The notes under the pieces were generated by a model, which had not been told where the DNA came from, ran no database searches, and saw nothing but the letters and a program-made list of their open reading frames with translations. Both the position numbers and the translations under genes were made by a program. 49,704 nt of DNA from a virus (taxonomy: Duplodnaviria; Heunggongvirae; Uroviricota; Caudoviricetes), in IMG/VR virus record IMGVR_UViG_2703718837_000001; one strand, written 5' to 3'. Position 1 is the first letter of the stretch. The number at the start of each line of letters is the position of its first letter. Of the stretch, positions 36,081-45,600 are shown one piece after another.

Positions 36081-36881
36081 TTAGTGCGTTGCCGCGACAG
36101 GTACCAGCACACCAGCATCAAGCAATCGCTTCATCAGCCACTGCTGACCTTTGCCGGTTATACGAGTCGTGAAAGAAATCCTGCTTCCATTGCTTGTATC
36201 GATCACGGTTTCTTTAAGGGTGAAATACCCACGGGATATGTATTCTTGTTTGGGGACGTTCCTGCGTTCACCGGTTGCGATCAGAATTCCGTTATCACGC
36301 AACCAGGTGAAGAGATAGTTTTGGCCCAGGCCGAGCACTTTGGCATAGTTGCCGATTAGAACCCCGCTGGCGGTAGCAACGCGTTCGGCGAATTCGACTT
36401 TAGGTGCATCCATCAGCATTTTTTGCTCCAGCCGTTGCTTTTGCTCTGCCAGGTCAGCAGCCAAACGGAGAGCTTCTGGGAGACTCTGCGGAATAGCAGG
36501 TTGTAATCTTCCAGCTCGATAGTCGATAAATGTCTGGTTTACCTTCAGCCGAAACGCGGGAGAAATCCAACCTGCGTACTCCACTGCGAGCAATTCATGG
36601 GCAAAAGTGCCGCCGCCACGGCCTTCGAACGAAACTATGCAATTCTGCATAGTTTCTTTTTCAAGCTCTTCGATGAGCTGTTTAGCTGACAGCGTTCTTA
36701 GCCATTGAGCTGGCGCTTTATGGGCACCGAGTCCGCTCGCTCTGTGTAGAGCATTAAGGTTGTAACGGCCAGCGCGGTCGGTCGTAATTTCAACACCACA
36801 AATAACGGGCAGAGTGGTTGAAGGATCGACATTTTGATGAAGGTTTGATATATTCATATCCGCATTGAATGTTTGTTGCAT
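36081..36881 (-). CDS. kilA: KilA (KilA-N domain plus KilAC/ANT C-terminal domain)
   Basis: 266 aa. KilA-N signature (YNLNALHRASG...PAQWLR). The C-terminal 135 aa are paralogous to the Ant C-terminus. Confidence 0.85.
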   Translation of the reverse strand: MQQTFNADMNISNLHQNVDPSTTLPVICGVEITTDRAGRYNLNALHRASGLGAHKAPAQWLRTLSAKQLIEELEKETMQNCIVSFEGRGGGTFAHELLAVEYAGWISPAFRLKVNQTFIDYRAGRLQPAIPQSLPEALRLAADLAEQKQRLEQKMLMDAPKVEFAERVATASGVLIGNYAKVLGLGQNYLFTWLRDNGILIATGERRNVPKQEYISRGYFTLKETVIDTSNGSRISFTTRITGKGQQWLMKRLLDAGVLVPVAATH

Positions 36882-36951
36882 TTTTTCTCCAAATTTGCAT
36901 CAACCTTCAATCACCAGCTCGAAATGGTGATTTCTTTGTACTCAGAAAACA

Positions 36952-36968
36952 AAAATTATTAGAGCAAA
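36952..36968 (-). promoter_or_regulatory. C1 operator Op53-equivalent at the kilA-repL promoter
   Basis: Reverse complement = TTTGCTCTAATAATTTT, about 70 nt upstream of the kilA ATG. Confidence 0.7.
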
Positions 36969-37012
36969 TTTTTCTGACTCGATCCAGATCGGGTTGGTCG
37001 ATCTGCTCAGAA

Positions 37013-37041
37013 ACCTGCCAGTTCGCTGGCAGGTTTTTTTG
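37013..37041 (+). terminator. Plus-strand rho-independent terminator (fits the antisense transcript reported for the P1 P53 region)
   Basis: AACCTGCCAG-ttcg-CTGGCAGGTT followed by a T-run. No plus-strand gene ends here. Confidence 0.65.
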
Positions 37042-37080
37042 TATAAGGCGTTTTTCAATGTGGATTTGTGGCTGGCTAAA

Positions 37081-37112
37081 ACGAAAAAGGCCACAGGTTT
37101 TACCCTGTGGCC
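37081..37112 (-). terminator. Minus-strand rho-independent terminator after the 38-aa ORF (and ant read-through)
   Basis: Minus strand: GGCCACAGG-gtaaaa-CCTGTGGCC followed by TTTTTCGTTTT. Confidence 0.7.
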
Positions 37113-37166
37113 TGTTCGGGCGCAACGCGCTGCTGTTACACTGCGAACTAACGCCCTTCAATATTG

Positions 37167-37283
37167 TTATGCAATGTGGAGAAGTGAGGCAATCACTGAT
37201 GCCAACACAGAACTTGAAGCTCCGATGATGACAGGAACAATGATGTTGGTCACAATCCACTTGCAAGCTTTTTGAAGAGTCAT
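37167..37283 (-). CDS. 38-aa hydrophobic peptide (candidate type I toxin / small membrane protein)
   Basis: Hand-found ORF: MTLQKACKWIVTNIIVPVIIGASSSVLASVIASLLHIA*. GGAG 8 nt upstream, single predicted TM, own terminator 55 nt downstream. Below the ORF-track size cut-off. Confidence 0.45.
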   Translation of the reverse strand: MTLQKACKWIVTNIIVPVIIGASSSVLASVIASLLHIA

Positions 37284-37342
37284 TACGAAGCTCCGCATAC
37301 TTGCAACAGCAACTGCTTGCGGCTATCCTCTTGTTGTTCAGA

Positions 37343-37386
37343 CATAAGGAATGCCCTCGCTGGTTGCCTCCATGCAACGTTGTGGC
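37343..37386 (+). terminator. Plus-strand terminator antisense to the 5' leader of the 38-aa ORF (candidate antisense sRNA 3' end)
   Basis: CCCTCGC...(inner GTTGC-ctccat-GCAAC)...GCGAGGG followed by T6. Confidence 0.55.
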
Positions 37387-37521
37387 GAGGGTTTTTTCTG
37401 TCTGGAGGCTACGCATCCAGGAGTTCATAACCCCCGCATAACGTTGCGCCTCCCCTGAAAAACAGGGTTGGGCATATCGTACACATGCCTGTAATTTATG
37501 GCAAATCCTGGTCTGAATACG

Positions 37522-38535
37522 TTAAGACAAGGACGCCACTGGTTTTAACAAACCAGCATCAAGTAGCTTGCGAGTTAACCACTGCTGGCCTTTACCCGTT
37601 AATTGGGGCGTCAGCCGTATCTGGTAGCCATTTTCATCATCCAGCACCACTTCTTTCACCGTGAAATACCCGGCGTTGATGTACTGTTGGCGCGGTACGT
37701 TTTTGCGCGCTCCAAAAGCCATGAGAATGCCATTCTGGCGCAACCATGAGAAAAGGGCGTTTTGCTTAAGTCCAACGACCTTTGCAAAGTTCCCGATCAG
37801 GATTCCATTGGCCACTGATACCCGGTCGGCAAAATCGACTTTAGGGGCTGCGGCCACCAGCTGCTGTTCCAACTGCATTTTCTGTTCTGCCAACTCGGCA
37901 GCCAGGCGTAGAGCTTCTGGTAATGTTTGGGGGATCGATGGGGCAGGGGAGTTTGCCTGCTGCAATTCTTCCAGTTTGTCGATCAGCGAACGGCGGACCG
38001 CTTTCGATTCGCGCGCGGCGACTCGCAGGGCTTGTTTGTAGGTCATGGTTATAATATCTATTTCTGCGCCGTTTTTTTGACCTACGAAAATTTCGTAGGT
38101 TTCTCCTTCAAGCTCATCCTTAACTCTGGCAATGAAATCATTGTTGCGAACTGGTTTTTCGCTACATAATTTCCGTGCCTCATTGACCATCTTCAACAAT
38201 GTTTGGCTGTCGATTGTGTCTCCGGTGTTGGGGATGACATTCAGGGCTGGTGCTGGTTTTTCAACATTTAAATTATTACCGGTCATTCTATGTGCCTCCT
38301 TTCTCATTTCTGCTGCCACTGTTGCGTAACGTAGACGTCCTTGTTCAATCAAATAATCCCTGATCTCGGCTATCAGTAGCCTGTTGATCACAGCCTTATC
38401 TGTTCGGGTATAAAAACGTCTGGTTATCATGAAATAGTTGGCAATTGCGCCGGGGATCTCCCGTGTCGGCATACAGGTTGTATGCAAAGCGATCGCTTCG
38501 GCTATTTCATTACGGGTGACGAGAGGTTTTTTCAT
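37522..38535 (-). CDS. ant: Antirepressor Ant (immI)
   Basis: 337 aa, directly after icd with a 4-nt overlap. C-terminal KilAC domain (PEALRLAAELAEQK...GKGQQWL). Confidence 0.85.
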   Translation of the reverse strand: MKKPLVTRNEIAEAIALHTTCMPTREIPGAIANYFMITRRFYTRTDKAVINRLLIAEIRDYLIEQGRLRYATVAAEMRKEAHRMTGNNLNVEKPAPALNVIPNTGDTIDSQTLLKMVNEARKLCSEKPVRNNDFIARVKDELEGETYEIFVGQKNGAEIDIITMTYKQALRVAARESKAVRRSLIDKLEELQQANSPAPSIPQTLPEALRLAAELAEQKMQLEQQLVAAAPKVDFADRVSVANGILIGNFAKVVGLKQNALFSWLRQNGILMAFGARKNVPRQQYINAGYFTVKEVVLDDENGYQIRLTPQLTGKGQQWLTRKLLDAGLLKPVASLS

Positions 38536-38753
38536 AAAACCCCCTGAACGTCGGCAGAGAAGGGGAGGTTCCAGTAACTAAGTGAATTGCGCGAGTTAGT
38601 CGAAAAACGGGCAGTAAAAATGCAGGGGCCATCAGGCAATTGAGAGCGTGCTTCGTCTTCTGTTGCTGCGATGACGAAGTGATAGTGGTGTTTTTTACAG
38701 GAATAGAAACGCCAGATGAATTCAGGGCGTGCGCAAGGATTGGCATTAACCAT
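38532..38753 (-). CDS. icd: Icd (cell-division interference protein, immI)
   Basis: 73-aa ORF overlapping the ant start, the size and position recalled for P1 icd. Preceded by the c4 target sequences. Confidence 0.75.
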   Translation of the reverse strand: MVNANPCARPEFIWRFYSCKKHHYHFVIAATEDEARSQLPDGPCIFTARFSTNSRNSLSYWNLPFSADVQGVL

Positions 38754-38809
38754 AGTTACGGCCTCACAATCAGGTTTAACAACCTGCTACCCGCTGCTAA
38801 ACAGGTGGC

Positions 38810-38890
38810 AGGACGTGACGGGGTTAGCAGACTGGCGATTGTGAAACCAGCAGGCCGAAGCCTCCCCATCACGCCCCACCATAATTTGGG
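38810..38890 (-). ncRNA. c4: c4 antisense repressor RNA (approximate bounds)
   Basis: Stem GTGACGGGG/CCCCATCAC (38815-38871, plus-strand letters) enclosing GTTAGCAG (38823-30) and AGCAGG (38849-54). These are complementary to CCTGCT (38783-88) and GCTGCTAAAC (38793-802) just upstream of icd, and to a second GCTGCTAAAC at 38962-71. Confidence 0.5.
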
Positions 38891-39067
38891 CGTAACGCGG
38901 TTTTACGGACACAAAAATACCGCAATATCGGATATCTGCGGCTGTCCGCACAATCATTCAGGCTGCTAAACCCGGTCGCAGAATTTGCTACGACGGCGAA
39001 ACTATAAGCCTGAACGATTAAAAGGTCAATATGATGCGAAAAGATAGCATTCGCGACTTAAAAATAC

Positions 39068-39084
39068 AAATTTATTAGAGCAGG
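39068..39084 (-). promoter_or_regulatory. C1 operator Op51-equivalent at the immI promoter
   Basis: Reverse complement = CCTGCTCTAATAAATTT (15/17), upstream of c4-icd-ant. Confidence 0.7.
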
Positions 39085-39374
39085 TGAGTGTCGTGCAATA
39101 GATGTATTATTTGTGATGAAAAATAATGCAGAGGGATATTGTTACTTTAAGATGGATATCAATAATCGATACATAAATTAAGTTAGCAATAAACTATTAA
39201 CTTAAGAAATAATGCAGATGGTGAACTTATCTCTGACTTTTCAGCTATACACAATAAGTTAGGGATAGCTTATAAAAAGTTGATTAATTGATATAAGTCA
39301 ATGGGAGTATTCTTGTTTACTTTCCGTTCTCGTGGTAACTTCTCGCCGGTTTTTGTTTTTCTGGGATGATTCTT

Positions 39375-39887
39375 ATGTCTAAAAAGTATACTTTATGCGC
39401 TCTTGTTGTATCTGCAATTCTTCTTTCTGGGTGTCAATCTAGCGGTGCTGATTATGCTGCCGATGTTTATGATACCGCTCAATTGAATTCGAAGCAGGAA
39501 ACAAAGACAGTCAATATTATCTCTGTGCTTCCAGCTAAAGTGAAAGTTGATAATAAAGCTAATAAAGAAGCGGCACAGACATTTGGTGCGGTACTGGGAG
39601 CTGTTGCTGGGGGCGTTGCCGGTTATAATGTTAAAGGCACATCGACACTGGGTGCTGTAGCTGGCGGTACTGGTGGTGCGGCTCTTGGTGCAGCGACTGG
39701 TTCTTTGGTTAGTGATAAAACAATTGTTGAAGGTGTTTCACTGACTTATAAAGAAGGAACTAAGGTGTTCACTTCAACTCAAGTTGGTAAAGCATGCCAG
39801 TTTACAACGGGGCTTGCTGTGCTTATTTCAACTAAAGATAATGAAACTCGAATTCAGCCAAATGCTACTTGTCCAGAAAAGAAATAA
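39375..39887 (+). CDS. SlyB-like outer-membrane lipoprotein (glycine-zipper)
   Basis: MSKKYTLCALVVSAILLSGC lipobox (the track start at 39366 adds MIL). ADVYDTAQLNSKQETKTVNII parallels SlyB GDVYTASEAKQVQNVSYGTIV. Gly-zipper GAVLGAVAGGVAGY...GAVAGGTGGAALGAATG. Confidence 0.75.
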   Translation: MSKKYTLCALVVSAILLSGCQSSGADYAADVYDTAQLNSKQETKTVNIISVLPAKVKVDNKANKEAAQTFGAVLGAVAGGVAGYNVKGTSTLGAVAGGTGGAALGAATGSLVSDKTIVEGVSLTYKEGTKVFTSTQVGKACQFTTGLAVLISTKDNETRIQPNATCPEKK

Positions 39888-39890
39888 TTT

Positions 39891-40430
39891 ATGAATAAAA
39901 TTATTTTATTTCTAATCTTTTCTACGTTTAGTGTAGGCACTGCCTTGGCTAACTCGTTGCAAAGTCAAATTGCTGCTATTGCTCAAGCGGAAAATGAAGG
40001 GCGAGCTAAAGAGCAGCAAGCTGAGGATGCCAGAAAAGAACTTATTCGCCAACAAGCACAAGCTGAACGTATTAGAAGAGAAAAAGCAGCATCTGCCGCT
40101 GCTGCACGCGAAAAACAGCGTGTTGCTGCAGAAAATGAACGTAGAGCGAAACGAGAAGCCGAGCTAGCAAATGACAAGAAGCGAGATCAAGCTTATGAGG
40201 ATGAGCTTCGCAAGCTGCAACTCGAAAGCATGAAACTCGAACTGCAAGCAAAAGCGGCTCGTGTCCAGCGAGAAAACGATTTTATAGAGCAGGAGTTGAA
40301 GGAGAGAGCAGCTAAGACAGATGTAATTCAGTCTGAGGCTGATGCAAATAGAAATATTTCTACAGGAAGTAAAGATTTACTGCAAAGCGAAGGAAAAGCT
40401 AGAGAGAAGAAAGCTAGCAGTTGGTGGTAG
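39891..40430 (+). CDS. Secreted charged coiled-coil protein (TolA-like composition)
   Basis: Signal peptide MNKIILFLIFSTFSVGTALA, then 150 aa of A/E/K/R/Q helix, ending KKASSWW. Starts 4 nt after the lipoprotein stop. Confidence 0.65.
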   Translation: MNKIILFLIFSTFSVGTALANSLQSQIAAIAQAENEGRAKEQQAEDARKELIRQQAQAERIRREKAASAAAAREKQRVAAENERRAKREAELANDKKRDQAYEDELRKLQLESMKLELQAKAARVQRENDFIEQELKERAAKTDVIQSEADANRNISTGSKDLLQSEGKAREKKASSWW

Positions 40431-40454
40431 TAATCACTACGATTGCGAGCATAC

Positions 40455-40469
40455 TGTCACAAATGACAA

Positions 40470-40479
<10 letters not shown>
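40455..40479 (+). promoter_or_regulatory. Late-promoter-like element for the pmgC-tub-pmgB-sit operon
   Basis: TGTCA-caaa-TGACA inverted repeat, then 6 nt after ATGAC a TAGAAT -10 hexamer. Confidence 0.55.
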
Positions 40480-41077
<598 letters not shown>

Positions 41078-41087
41078 GGGAGCTGAT

Positions 41088-41699
41088 ATGGGGCTTAATG
41101 TTGCTTCAGTAAAGTCTTATGTATCTTCGGCATTAACGACGACATTATTTGGCTCCGGCGTTGGTGAGCGGGAAGTTGGTAAGCTGACGTCAATCATCAT
41201 GAACAAAATGTTGTTCGCGCAAGGATGGCAGTTCTCTGTCGAAGTTGATGGACTGGAGGGGGCAGACTTCTTTGCCAAAGATATTACCTACCACGATTAC
41301 AGTATCGAATATGAAACGATTAAAATCGGCGGAGGGAATATCCTTCAACCAACGGAGCGTTCGCCTGGGCAGATAACAATGATGGTCAGGGATACCGTTG
41401 ATGGCCTCGTTTTGGACTGGTTTAAGACGGCAAAAAGTCGGGTGATTAATCCAGACGGTACCGGGAATATACCGTCTAAATATTTGCTCAATGTGCGTAT
41501 TTATCGGTTGCTGTCTTCCGGCTTAACCAAACTGGAAAATGAGATGACTGTATTCCCTGTCACTACCGGCGATGTCACCTATGCGCGGGATCAGGTTACG
41601 GAATTTAAGTCATTCCCAATGACCTTCGCATTGCACAGCACGTTTAACCAATCCTCAAGTTCTTTGGCTTCCCTTCTGGGCTTTAGTTTTTCTCTTTGA
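41088..41699 (+). CDS. tub: Tail tube protein (position of P1 tub)
   Basis: 203-aa ORF two genes upstream of the tape-measure-like sit; synteny with the remembered order tub-pmgB-sit. Confidence 0.6.
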   Translation: MGLNVASVKSYVSSALTTTLFGSGVGEREVGKLTSIIMNKMLFAQGWQFSVEVDGLEGADFFAKDITYHDYSIEYETIKIGGGNILQPTERSPGQITMMVRDTVDGLVLDWFKTAKSRVINPDGTGNIPSKYLLNVRIYRLLSSGLTKLENEMTVFPVTTGDVTYARDQVTEFKSFPMTFALHSTFNQSSSSLASLLGFSFSL

Positions 41700-41713
41700 A
41701 TTAAGGAGCAAGG

Positions 41714-42595
41714 ATGCTTTTACCCCTTTTCCCGTTACCATCGCGGCCAACTGAATTGATCCAGTTTCGTCAACCAAATATTGCTGATGCGATGCGTTTC
41801 AACTCGATAACACCGGAGGAACAAGAACAACAGACAACGGCGTATTTAAAAGCCTTGCTGGCTGAACCCGCGAAACATGACCCCCTGACATGGACGGCGC
41901 AGGACCGGATTACCGCGTTATGGTGGATATTTACCGGCTCCCGTGAAACACCGGTCGAGACATTCACCTACACCTGTAAACATTGCGGTAAAGAGCATTA
42001 TTACGATTGCGATATGAATGCTCTGGCTGAAGATATTCAGGTCCTGGAAGTGGAACCGTTCATTGACGATATTGAGGTGTCTGTAGAGGGAGTGCCTTAT
42101 CAATGGCGTATCGTGCCGCTTGATGGTTGGGCAATGGAAATGCTGGAGATGCGCCGTGCAGCATTGCCACCTGAAGACGACGCGGAATTCAAAGAAGCGA
42201 TCGTTGATTTGCGTTTTTGGGAATTCGCTTATCAGTGTGAGCTTTATAACGATGTTAGTGGTACTCGTGAAGATCAGGCTGAGCGTCGTTATGAAACGAT
42301 TAAACGGATGGCCATTGATACTGAATTTATGAAGCTGGCGGCACACATCCGACTGGCTCATGAAAAGCTCGAACATGGTTTACCGTGCTACATCGATAAA
42401 GGTGAAATGCGTCTTCGTCTCCCGCCGCACAAATGCCCAAACCAGGATCAAAAGGAGTCCACAGAGGGTGCGTATACCCGTCTGTGGGTGCCCTTTCGGG
42501 CTACCGACTTCATTCCACAGGTGGGGATTGAAAAGCTATCAGACCTTAGTGTCCAACCTGGTTTTGTATGGGGGTATACCGATTCAGGACGCTGA
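41714..42595 (+). CDS. Tail assembly chaperone candidate (position of P1 pmgB)
   Basis: 293-aa ORF immediately upstream of sit. Its 3' end overlaps an alternative-frame extension reaching 42665 (see findings). Confidence 0.6.
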   Translation: MLLPLFPLPSRPTELIQFRQPNIADAMRFNSITPEEQEQQTTAYLKALLAEPAKHDPLTWTAQDRITALWWIFTGSRETPVETFTYTCKHCGKEHYYDCDMNALAEDIQVLEVEPFIDDIEVSVEGVPYQWRIVPLDGWAMEMLEMRRAALPPEDDAEFKEAIVDLRFWEFAYQCELYNDVSGTREDQAERRYETIKRMAIDTEFMKLAAHIRLAHEKLEHGLPCYIDKGEMRLRLPPHKCPNQDQKESTEGAYTRLWVPFRATDFIPQVGIEKLSDLSVQPGFVWGYTDSGR

Positions 42596-42676
42596 AAGGC
42601 TTACTGAATCCTATGCGTTTTTCCTGTTGGAGAAACTGGAAGAAAAACTTAAACCGAAACGGTAGGCGATAAGATC

Positions 42677-45600
42677 ATGGAAAGAAAAAACGCCAACATT
42701 GACGATGTGATAAGGACAGTTGAAACCGCCAGCGCAAAAGAGCTGGAAGAGCTTGCTGGTATCCGGGAAGCTGTTGAAGATTTGAAAGGTGGGCGAGTTG
42801 CAACTGTTGATCCTGTCTCTCGCAGTGTGTCGGCATTAAATCGCACAATCGAAAATTCCCGGCCAGACTTTGTGGCCAATGCGCCATCAGTGGACCCTAT
42901 TGTTGAGGCAATGAAACGGCTTAATTTAGGGGACGTTTCTCGTGTAGTTCAGGAGGATGTTGCTCTACAGGAACCGCAGGCCAAATCAACTACGCGAAAG
43001 GGTAAAAAACGACGCAGGAAGGCTATACCAGAGGATGTAAAGGCACAACGGACCGAAGCAGCCGAACACGCTCGCGAAATGTTCGGTCAAAAAGGCGGTG
43101 CGCAAAAAAGCCAAAACCAACGCGATGCGCGTGGTCGTTTTATTGGAAAGTCAGGGAGTAAGGCCGCAGCGGAAGATGCCCGTGCTGAACGTGCTGAAAA
43201 GGCCAGGCGCAAAGAGGATGATGAGCGTCTAAATGCTGAATCAGGTTTATTAAAAAAACTGTCAAAAGTAGCTGAAGGCATAGGTAACCCTTCAGAGACA
43301 CGTGCCGTCGATGCGTTAGGTTATGCCGTTGCTGGTCCATTGTGGGCAGCAGGGAAGGAGCTTGGCGGGATATCAAAAGAAGTTGGTGGATCGCTTAATG
43401 GTGCCAGAAAGTCTATTGCCGATGTGATTCGTGGCAATGACGATAACAGCCGTAAAAAAGGTTTTTTTAGGCGTAAATCGCAAAGTAGTGCCGATGTCGT
43501 TCAGGTTAACACTCAAAAACGGACGGTTCAGGAACTTCAGGATCAGACCAGCGAAATTAAAGAGGGCAATGATAAGATTCTCAGCGCCCTTGAGCAGATA
43601 GCCAAAAACACCGGGAAAAAGAAGGGCGGCTTGCTGTCCAAATTATTTAGCCTGTTAGGGAAGGGGGCCGGAGGCGTCGCGTCGTTATTAATGGGGCGTG
43701 GCATGCTGAAAAAAGCGGGAGCACTCGCTTTTGGCGCTCTGGGGGCAAAGAGACTCGTAGGAATGCTACGCGGTGGGGGCAAGAAGACTCTCGCCCATGA
43801 AGGCGGAGATTTGGCTGCCCGGGCAGCAGGTAAACTTGGATTAAAGGCAGTTGGTAAAGGGGCGTTACGCGCAATTCCCCTAGTCGGCACAGTGGCTGGA
43901 GGTATTTATGATGCGGTAACCGGTTGGAATGATACAGAAGCGCAACGTCGAGCGTTTGGGCTTAAATCAGGACAAGATCCATCATTCCAGCAAAAAGCCG
44001 CTTATACGTTAGCTAATGTTCTTGATATGGGGGGACTGGTATCTGGTATTAGCAGCGCCATTGGTGAGGTTCTCAAATCACTTGGATTTGAGGATATCGG
44101 CAATATGTTGCAATCATTTTCGACGGAAAGTATTGCCCAGGCCATTGATAGTGGGATTACCAACTTAGAAACATATATTTCTAACCTTGGCGACACGATT
44201 TCTACCAAGTTCGATGATTACACAGCAAAGATTGGTGATGCTGTTTCAGCATGGTTTAGCGATACATCTAATAAGCTGCTTGAAAAGCTGGATGCCATCA
44301 AAGACTTCTTTACTGTCGATAACCTGAAACAGGTTTTCAGTGATGCAATTGATAGTGCAATTGACTTCATTAAGAACCCAGGGAAACACATTAAAGAGGC
44401 GGCTGGTAATATTTGGGATGGGGTTAAAAATTTACCCGGTAAAGCATTAGATGCAGCGGTTGATGCCGTTAAAAATACCCCTGCGGCAATGATTGTATCA
44501 AAAATACCCAATCCGATCGGCGAGGCTAATGCAAAAGAAATCACTCCAGAGTTAAAAGCTCCGGTTAATAGCCACCAGGAGACATCTGATTCTAAAACTG
44601 AATCCGATGCTAAACAGACTAATATTGCTACCCGCGTGATAAATGCGGCACTGGACACGGCGAAAGATAGCAATAAAACAGTTAAAGAAACTGCCAATCA
44701 GATTATCAATGCAAATGCCGTAGAAACGGGCAATAGCGCGGTGCGGAAAATTGATTCAGCTATTGGTCAAAATAGCTCGTCATCATCGTCGCTTAATACC
44801 ACTGGCACCAGGAATGACATTCAGAAAGCTGCGGATACTTACAACAATGGCAACTTAGATGTAAAAGTCGGAAGTCTTGGCGCTGAAGGTAAGGCAAATC
44901 TCGATAAGTTGGCTCCGTATTTTGCCGAACTAGAGAATAAATACGGTCTTCCAGAAGGCACTCTTTACGCGATTGCTGCAACTGAATCTGGTGGTAATCC
45001 GTATGCAAAATCCCAAACCGGTGCTCTGGGGATGTTTCAGTTCACGGGGATTGCTCGTGAAGAGACTGGCTTAGCTGAAGGTGAATCGTTTGATCCTGTG
45101 AAATCGGCAGAAGCTGCGGCTCTTCTCATGAGCAAGTATCTGAAGCAAGCCAATGGAGACTTAAACGAGGCCATCACTGCATATAATGCTGGGTTTGGCA
45201 CTATTAATAAGTGGAAAAAAGGCACAGGTGACTTATCGAAAGAAAACCGTGAGTACGCGATCAAGGTCAATACTCATCGTGCTCGCTATTTAGGTGGTGA
45301 AATCTATACACCTGGAGCAGGAGCACAGGGTGGGGCGCAATATGGAGTGAGGGGACCACTGCCTGATAACGCTGTTATCGATCAGTCTACTGGCCTGGCG
45401 TTTACCCTTGGTGATAGCCCGTTTGAGAAAGGCGGTCTGGTCGACAAAATCGGCAATGCTGTTGGCGTTAACGATCTGGTCAACAAATTCATGAATGGCC
45501 GGGGGATGCGTCGGGAAGTCGTTCAGGGAACGCTCGAAGAACGTGCACGAGGGAAGGGGACTGCAACAGCAGCTGGCAATGTGTACGTTGATACTCCGAT

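Noticed and set aside
36907-37428. ORFs 36907..37428(-), 36869..37228(+) and 36994..37275(+) in the ant-kilA gap
   Set aside because: They have Cys/His/Ser-rich low-complexity translations and no RBS, and they run across three terminators and the Op53 promoter. The region is better explained by regulatory RNA elements and the 38-aa mini-ORF.
42568-42672. A third-frame 34-aa ORF (MGVYRFRTLKGLLNPMRFSCWRNWKKNLNRNGRR) between pmgB and sit
   Set aside because: All three frames happen to be open here. This one is highly basic, has no RBS, and starts inside the G-run. It is judged accidental, whereas the other alternative frame is discussed as a frameshift candidate.
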